Positions 14,494 to 16,513 of a stretch of 16,513 bases of DNA are shown here, in pieces. The stretch is taken from NCBI GenBank assembly GCA_043732305.1, contig JAYTHU010000044.1:1-16513 (forward strand), written 5' to 3'. A program made the position numbers and the translations under genes. Numbering within the stretch: position 1 is the first letter of the stretch; every line of letters starts with the position of its first letter. The notes beneath the pieces were generated by a model. That model had not been told where the DNA came from. It saw only the letters and a program-made list of their open reading frames with translations, and did no database searches. The stretch is from Oligoflexia bacterium (GTDB lineage: Bacteria; Bdellovibrionota; Bdellovibrionia; JABDDW01).

Positions 14494-16308
14494 TTATTCC
14501 GCGGGCAACCCGCAGCGAACATTGCCGCTAGTGAACGTGGGGTCGAAATTCAGAGATCCCCAGCGCCCAGTAGAGGTGGTCCCGTTACTCATTGTCCCGG
14601 CCTGGAGGCCTCGATTTACATTGCCGTTATCTGTAAAAATTCTGGCATAGTCTCCATGGAATTTTGTGTTGCCAAGCCATGTGGAACTTTGCACAGCATT
14701 TCCAGAATCATTGCCAACCATGAGTAAACCGAGAGGTACAGAAAAGTACCCTGCGCCATAGCACTGAGCAAATCCAGTTCCACCTACGATCCCATTTTCA
14801 ATTATACATTGGCCTGTGAACGAGGACCCTCCATTTTGACCTCCGCCCAATCCCCCTGGACCAGTGACACCGTCAAAATTATAGGTGGCGAGATCCGTGT
14901 TCCCACTGTCATAGGTGGCCGTGGTTCCAAAACATTTGTGAGTGGCAACACTGCATGCCGTGAGATTATCAGAAAGCCAGTTGGCATTGTTGCCAACAAA
15001 ATCTTGCATGCCGTATCTTGAAACACACTTGCTCGTAGCAAGACTTCCGATATTAAAAATTGGGGTTGTTGAAGTGGCGTCCCCCGCATAATCTGTAACA
15101 TTAAAATTCCCTCCAACAAATCCTGCAGCTGAGTCACTGGCGCAGTAATATTGTCCAGCCGTGTGGCTTGTGCCTGTGCCATCTCCCGCCTCAAGAGTTC
15201 CAATTTGTGCATCCGTCAGGGTTCCCGCTGGCTCATTGGGGAGCCAGTTCCATGCGGCAGCAGCAATGTACTCTCGAAGGCGCAATAATCTTTTTGGCCC
15301 ATAGGTGGGCACATTAAAAGTTTGACATGTGTTAAAAGCGCCTTGCTGAGTGATAAATCCTAGAGGAGGTCTATGTCCTCCGTTTGCACCAGGGTTTAGA
15401 GTGGCCATTGCCGCAAATTGAACAGGAGTAGCGATATCAGATCTAGTCCAAGGGGCTGCCCCACCCACGTTGATGTAACAAGCATTAAAAGTAGTGTCAT
15501 AATATATGCTGCCGATTGTTCCAATTCCCGGAGGGGCCCCGGCGCCAAAACAATTTCCAACTGCACCCGTGCATGGAGTATTTAATCCCGTTCCTACACT
15601 CCAGTTGCAACCCACCTGCCATCTATCTACAAAAAGATTGTAACCAAAATCATATTGAGTGGCAGGCAGAGAGAGTGGAGAATTTCCAGGATTTGAGTTG
15701 TACGGCACAGCTCCAAGCCCGGAGTAATCACATCTTTGATGATTAAAAGGATCAGAAATTTTCTGCAAGAGCTGGCACATTTCATAATTTGCAGCATCTC
15801 TTTGAACCAAAACCATATTGTCAGGAGGGACAGGGATGCGAATTCGCACGGGAGTGTAACTTGTTGCCGATGAATCCTCTATGCCATAGTCATACTGCTG
15901 AGGGGATAGGGCCACATTTGTGTCCACGCAACTCTGTGAAGCGGTGCCCGTTTTGGTACAAACGAGGCAAGTTGTAGTAGTGGCTGATGTGCAAGCCGAG
16001 CTTGCAGAAGTATCAAATATTTGGTTTTGAGCCACGCGTAAAAGTTTGTACTGTGAAGAGGCTGTGGCATTTGTAAATGGCAACCACGTGAGAGTGACTT
16101 GCTTTGTCGCGGGAGCCGTTGGAGCATTCGTGGCATCCCCATAAGCTTGCACAGACATAACGCCGGCAAAATGTGGGTTAGAATTAAAATTTGAGCGTTG
16201 GCTAAAAGTGACCCCACCCCAAAGCTTTCCGCATCCTGTAAGCATCGGCACAATGAAAAGCAGAGAGATAAGTCGTAAAAAAAACATCGTCATAAGCTTA
16301 CTGAACAA
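14494..16308 (-). CDS. Cys-rich surface lipoprotein with FN3-like N-terminus and FGE-sulfatase/C-type-lectin-fold domain
   Basis: TTG start with GGAGG 5 nt upstream; lipobox MLTG-C; VTLTW..Y.L.R (FN3-like). FGE-fold motifs in order: PPDNMVLV, FVDRWQVG, PPLGFITQQGAFNTC, KRLLRLREYIAAA, SRYGMQDFVGNNANW, RGLQAG, NVRC. Confidence 0.75.
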   Translation of the reverse strand: MFSKLMTMFFLRLISLLFIVPMLTGCGKLWGGVTFSQRSNFNSNPHFAGVMSVQAYGDATNAPTAPATKQVTLTWLPFTNATASSQYKLLRVAQNQIFDTSASSACTSATTTTCLVCTKTGTASQSCVDTNVALSPQQYDYGIEDSSATSYTPVRIRIPVPPDNMVLVQRDAANYEMCQLLQKISDPFNHQRCDYSGLGAVPYNSNPGNSPLSLPATQYDFGYNLFVDRWQVGCNWSVGTGLNTPCTGAVGNCFGAGAPPGIGTIGSIYYDTTFNACYINVGGAAPWTRSDIATPVQFAAMATLNPGANGGHRPPLGFITQQGAFNTCQTFNVPTYGPKRLLRLREYIAAAAWNWLPNEPAGTLTDAQIGTLEAGDGTGTSHTAGQYYCASDSAAGFVGGNFNVTDYAGDATSTTPIFNIGSLATSKCVSRYGMQDFVGNNANWLSDNLTACSVATHKCFGTTATYDSGNTDLATYNFDGVTGPGGLGGGQNGGSSFTGQCIIENGIVGGTGFAQCYGAGYFSVPLGLLMVGNDSGNAVQSSTWLGNTKFHGDYARIFTDNGNVNRGLQAGTMSNGTTSTGRWGSLNFDPTFTSGNVRCGLPAE

Positions 16309-16347
16309 ATCTTCCTCCCCCCTCTAATTTTTCCAAATTTGAAATTC

Positions 16348-16376
16348 ATAGTATCTAAAATTTTTGCTAATTACAA
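16348..16376 (-). promoter_or_regulatory. sigma70-like promoter for the CLec-fold lipoprotein
   Basis: Minus strand TTGTAA-17 nt-TACTAT, about 40 nt upstream of TTG 16308. Confidence 0.5.
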
Positions 16377-16513
16377 CACTTCACTAAAAGTACAAATGTA
16401 CACAGCTATTATTTAACCGAGATCTGAATTCTGCCCTACCGAACGAAGTGATATTTTCGGGCACTATCAAGGGTTAGCGGTTTAAGTTTATTTTTAAGGG
16501 CTGTTCGAGCGGA

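Noticed and set aside
1841..16253. Remaining antisense or nested ORFs inside the long genes (e.g. 2786-3232, 6152-7137, 8096-8506, 9692-10120, 14802-16253)
   Set aside because: They lie within well-supported CDSs and show no independent coding signal.
14494..16308. Calling the protein an active formylglycine-generating enzyme, or the locus a complete DGR
   Set aside because: The catalytic Cys motif is absent and there is no sulfatase nearby; no template repeat, RT or Avd gene was seen in the window.
1..16513. CRISPR array, tRNA/rRNA, IS element, integron cassette array or prophage
   Set aside because: No regularly spaced repeats, attC-like repeats, RNA-gene signatures, transposase, integrase or phage genes were seen by eye.

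Overview
AT-rich (roughly low-40s % GC by eye) accessory region of a diderm bacterium. The gene repertoire (secreted and lipoprotein hypotheticals, vWA lipoprotein, FecR-like/barrel fusion, Cys-rich FGE/CLec-fold lipoprotein, LpxR, sigma28/sigma54-like promoters) suggests a Bdellovibrionota-type predator; this is inference. Left to right: a DcaP-like porin missed by the ORF track (runs off the left edge), a hot-dog thioesterase with a coupled secreted hypothetical, a FecR-like/beta-barrel protein, a lipoprotein with a sigma54-like promoter, a fragmented alpha/beta-hydrolase, a stand-alone secreted beta-1,2-glucanase-clan (Glycoamylase-domain) enzyme divergent from a lipid A deacylase LpxR, a second pseudogene, a secreted Cys-rich hypothetical, a GAF-PAS-PAS histidine kinase with a single-domain receiver, a vWA/MIDAS lipoprotein, and a convergent FN3-like + FGE/C-type-lectin-fold lipoprotein with a GC-rich 3' tip reminiscent of DGR targets. 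No rRNA, tRNA, CRISPR array or mobile element was seen. No complete novel system can be proven from this window. The best leads are the possible DGR-target-like adhesin, the glucanase/LpxR divergon, and a recurring promoter-directly-before-ATG (leaderless) architecture.
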